From the NCBI GenBank assembly GCA_020725385.1, contig DYFC01000054.1, forward strand, positions 32,001 to 96,000: a stretch of 64,000 nucleotides of DNA, read 5' to 3'. The stretch's first letter is position 1. The number at the start of each line of letters is the position of its first letter. Origin of the DNA: Nitrospira japonica. Lineage in GTDB: Bacteria; Nitrospirota; Thermodesulfovibrionia; Thermodesulfovibrionales; SM23-35. This document shows positions 61,194 to 64,000 of this stretch, piece by piece. Under the pieces are notes generated by a model, which had not been told where the DNA came from, made no database searches, and saw only the letters and a program-made list of their open reading frames with translations. Position numbers and translations under genes: made by a program.

Positions 61194-63251
61194 TTATGTT
61201 AATTTCGTATCTATTCCTAATCTTGCTTTTATTTTTACCTGTCCAGCATCTTCTGTATCCTTAAGTATTGTATCTCTGCCAATAACAGAACTTTCCCCTA
61301 ATATAAAAATAGGTTCATTGAGCAAAGTATTCATTCCAAGATATGTATGCATATCAAGATAAAACCATTGCTCAAGCACTTTAAGCCCATAACATGTATG
61401 CGCAGGTTTATGTTCATCTATTATTTTTTTAATTGTTTCTGTCTTTTGATTTTTCAACGCCTGTGATGGAAGAAGAACGAAAAAGCAAAATCTTTCTTTT
61501 CCGAATAATGCTTCTTTTAGAGAAATATTTTCACCATCAATTGTTTTGACTTTTGATTTATCAGAAGGTAAATAAATTGAATTCTCTTCATGTAAGGAAT
61601 CCCATTTGTCAGCGCACTTTGTGCTGTAAGAGGAATCAATATTTATATTTTCAAATATAAAAGGTTTATACCCTGTAAAAAGCTCTAATATTTCTTCGAG
61701 CCCTTTTCTCGTGCCTCTCATTTTATAAAAATGAATAGCTTTCTTTATAAAAGCTCTTGTTTTTTCTTCAGACCAATTTGCATCAGTACAAATAGAAAGC
61801 CATGTGCCAAGCCATGAAAGAAATTCAGATGGAGTGCCTTCTGCATCAAAAAAGCGTGTTAAATGTTTTATCTCAAAATCTACTTCATATATCAAACTAT
61901 CAAAGATAGACAGAAAACGCTCTAAAAAATCTTTTGCTTTTGGATTCTCCTGATAATTGGCAGGAAGGTAATCAAGTAAAGTTAAACGCGGGAAAAACAA
62001 AGTAAGCATTTTAATAATAGGAGTTAACTTTTCGTCTCCAAATAACACAAGCTTAAACCAAAGGTATCTGCCATTAATATTTTTTAGAAAAAGTGCATCT
62101 CTTTTATTTTCTTCTTGAATACCTGATTTCTCGCTAAGGCATTTGTTCCATCTATTTTCTGGCATTGAAATAATTTCATTATCGGGCATTAAAGAATCTG
62201 ACGTAAAATATGAAAATTCAAGCTGAGTTCCTTTTACAAATTCACCGTCTATAAGGAACCTATGCCATCTAATGTTGTCTTCATTACTATCAATTGCCTT
62301 TGAAATGAAAACTCCTTTAAAATGTTCTTCCTTATCTTTTGTATTTACGATTGAATATTCCAGAAATGCAATTGACTTTCCCTTGCTATCTATAATATAA
62401 AGGTTTCCTCTTGAATCATTTATCAATCTTCTTGTAGCATCTCTATAAGACCAAATTGGGATTGTGCTACCATCATGCATTACTTTATAAATGGTTTTCT
62501 TGGAATCAAATGTATCTGGTTCACCAGCAAATATTTGGGCTTCTCTACTGACTGATATGCCTTTTAGATGTAATGTAGTATTTATGACTTCTGATAAGGT
62601 ATTCTCTTTAAAAAGAAAGATCTTAGAACCATCAAGTATATAAATAACCCCTTTTTCATCTACTGTAATATCTGTTGGTTCGGATAAAGTGTTGTCTTTA
62701 ATAAAACCTGCAATTTCACCTGACCTTCTGATTATTATTGCCTGTTTATTGCCTTTATCAAGAGCATAAAGATTGTTAAGGTCAATAACAAGGTCGGTAA
62801 TTTCTGTAAAATGATTACCTTTATCATCTGAATCACATATCCAGCGAATTTGCAGGTTTGAACGGGCAAGGGCAATTATTCGGGATTTGTTTTGTATTTT
62901 ATTGAAACCAGAAATATAAATCGTGTCTTTATCGATAGCAATTCCCGTAGGAGAATAAAGTTTTAATGGCAATAATCCATTTTTGCAACCTGCTTCATTT
63001 ATTTCTCCATAAAGTCTATTATACGTGAGTATCTTATCTCTGCTTCTATCAATAATCCAGAGGGTATCACATTCATCGATAGCAATATCTGTTATATCAA
63101 ACGATGAGTCTTTTATTATGAATTCTTTAAAAATATAAATCCCTGCATTATTAAGCCTGATTCCATTTTGAAAACTCAGGTTTTCAGAAAAAAGATGAAA
63201 GTTATGGTATAAATCATAGGAACTTAGCCGGATATAATTAATATGATTCAT
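61194..63251 (-). CDS. Phage tail/baseplate wedge protein with N-terminal NHL-like propeller (start probably MNHINY)
   Basis: PTGIAID and PTDITVD repeats; YLPANYQ...FLERFLSIF...FLSWLG.W...YKMRGTRKGL...KPAHT tail-I-like domain. Confidence 0.85.
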   Translation of the reverse strand: MNHINYIRLSSYDLYHNFHLFSENLSFQNGIRLNNAGIYIFKEFIIKDSSFDITDIAIDECDTLWIIDRSRDKILTYNRLYGEINEAGCKNGLLPLKLYSPTGIAIDKDTIYISGFNKIQNKSRIIALARSNLQIRWICDSDDKGNHFTEITDLVIDLNNLYALDKGNKQAIIIRRSGEIAGFIKDNTLSEPTDITVDEKGVIYILDGSKIFLFKENTLSEVINTTLHLKGISVSREAQIFAGEPDTFDSKKTIYKVMHDGSTIPIWSYRDATRRLINDSRGNLYIIDSKGKSIAFLEYSIVNTKDKEEHFKGVFISKAIDSNEDNIRWHRFLIDGEFVKGTQLEFSYFTSDSLMPDNEIISMPENRWNKCLSEKSGIQEENKRDALFLKNINGRYLWFKLVLFGDEKLTPIIKMLTLFFPRLTLLDYLPANYQENPKAKDFLERFLSIFDSLIYEVDFEIKHLTRFFDAEGTPSEFLSWLGTWLSICTDANWSEEKTRAFIKKAIHFYKMRGTRKGLEEILELFTGYKPFIFENINIDSSYSTKCADKWDSLHEENSIYLPSDKSKVKTIDGENISLKEALFGKERFCFFVLLPSQALKNQKTETIKKIIDEHKPAHTCYGLKVLEQWFYLDMHTYLGMNTLLNEPIFILGESSVIGRDTILKDTEDAGQVKIKARLGIDTKLT

Positions 63252-63252
63252 C

Positions 63253-64000
63253 TTAGCCTTTCTTTTTACACAGAACCTGCTCAATTATTATTGAGACTGA
63301 GTGTTTGCCCGAATAAATAGTATGCAAAGGAGATGGCAGGATAAGATTGCCTTCATTGTCAGAATTACTTTGATCTCCATAAATATGCAGTTTTGTAATA
63401 CATCTTATCCCGTTAATCTTCTCGATTTCCTCGTATATTTCAGAGCGATAAACATTTCTTCCAATTGGCCAACCTTTATGGTCATTACCACCAAATACTG
63501 GATGAAGAAATTTATTTAATGCCATTATTACAGAATTTTTTACATCTTCTATTTGATATGATTCTGATACAGAAATCTCAATATCTACTGTTACTTTCAC
63601 ATATTCAGGTCCTATAATATAAATTGCTGTTCCAAGCAGACGATGCTCATTTAGATGCCTACATATAGCATCTCTGAATCCGTCTGAAGGTTGAGGGGGT
63701 TTCTCAAAATATTCAAGAGGAGTAAAGGGAATAACTATAACTGTTACAGAACCTCTAAGACGGCCTTTTTCAGGATGATAGTTTGGAAGTGCTTTTGCTT
63801 TTGCAACTCTTAAACCCGGTGTATTAATAGCAATATATTCAAAATCTGAAGAAGTAACAGCTACAAACGGTATGCGAAGTTCTTTAATAAATCTTGCATT
63901 TGCATCATCAATAGTTTCATTATCTGCACCACCTGTGGCAGAAACAAAATTAGTAATCTTCAGTTTTTTTGAATCTTCTTCTTTTAATTTCCACGAATAT
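63253..64000 (-). CDS. Baseplate J-like protein, C-terminal part (5' end outside window)
   Basis: Frame is open beyond the tracked start: GGADNETIDDA...AVTSSDFE...TPG..VAKA...GSVTVIVIP...RLLGT...FLHP..GG...GWPIGR. Confidence 0.88.
   Translation of the reverse strand, partial: YSWKLKEEDSKKLKITNFVSATGGADNETIDDANARFIKELRIPFVAVTSSDFEYIAINTPGLRVAKAKALPNYHPEKGRLRGSVTVIVIPFTPLEYFEKPPQPSDGFRDAICRHLNEHRLLGTAIYIIGPEYVKVTVDIEISVSESYQIEDVKNSVIMALNKFLHPVFGGNDHKGWPIGRNVYRSEIYEEIEKINGIRCITKLHIYGDQSNSDNEGNLILPSPLHTIYSGKHSVSIIIEQVLCKKKG

Noticed and set aside
59577-64000. Prophage tail region
   Set aside because: Adjacent DUF4157 effectors and the lack of phage head, replication or integration genes favour eCIS, although the upstream part is outside the window
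1-64000. CRISPR arrays, tRNA/rRNA genes, transposases
   Set aside because: No repeat-spacer array, structural RNA gene or transposase/integrase ORF was recognised by eye

Overview
AT-rich bacterial window in the standard genetic code. The DsrA N-terminal extension and gene content suggest a sulfate/sulfite-reducing Nitrospirota (Thermodesulfovibrionia-like) genome; this taxonomy is inferred. Left to right: hisF end, cNMP-domain Ser/Thr kinase, trkHA, cobO, then a PyrR-attenuated pyrR-pyrB-pyrC-carA...carB operon. carA and carB are split by a ~5.5 kb co-oriented defence cassette (nucleotidyltransferase plus small partner, two MTases, EcoRV-like and Mrr-like nucleases, flavin reductase, antitoxin plus truncated VapC). 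Next come a radical-SAM pair, the bamA-skp-skp-lpxD-fabZ-lpxA-lpxI cluster, a dsrABD...dsrN-dsrC-dsrT-dsrMKJOP-fdx locus, a hydrolase cassette, and the distal end of an extracellular contractile injection system (eCIS) locus with baseplate, tail, fibre, effector and putative lysis genes. The most striking observation is that the main DUF4157 effector is one continuous reading frame (59584->57359) broken only by a single in-frame UGA. That UGA lies in the normally Cys-rich linker and is followed by hairpins, one resembling a bacterial SECIS, which suggests selenocysteine insertion or programmed readthrough. The genome also carries short tandem and palindromic repeats inserted in frame into housekeeping genes.
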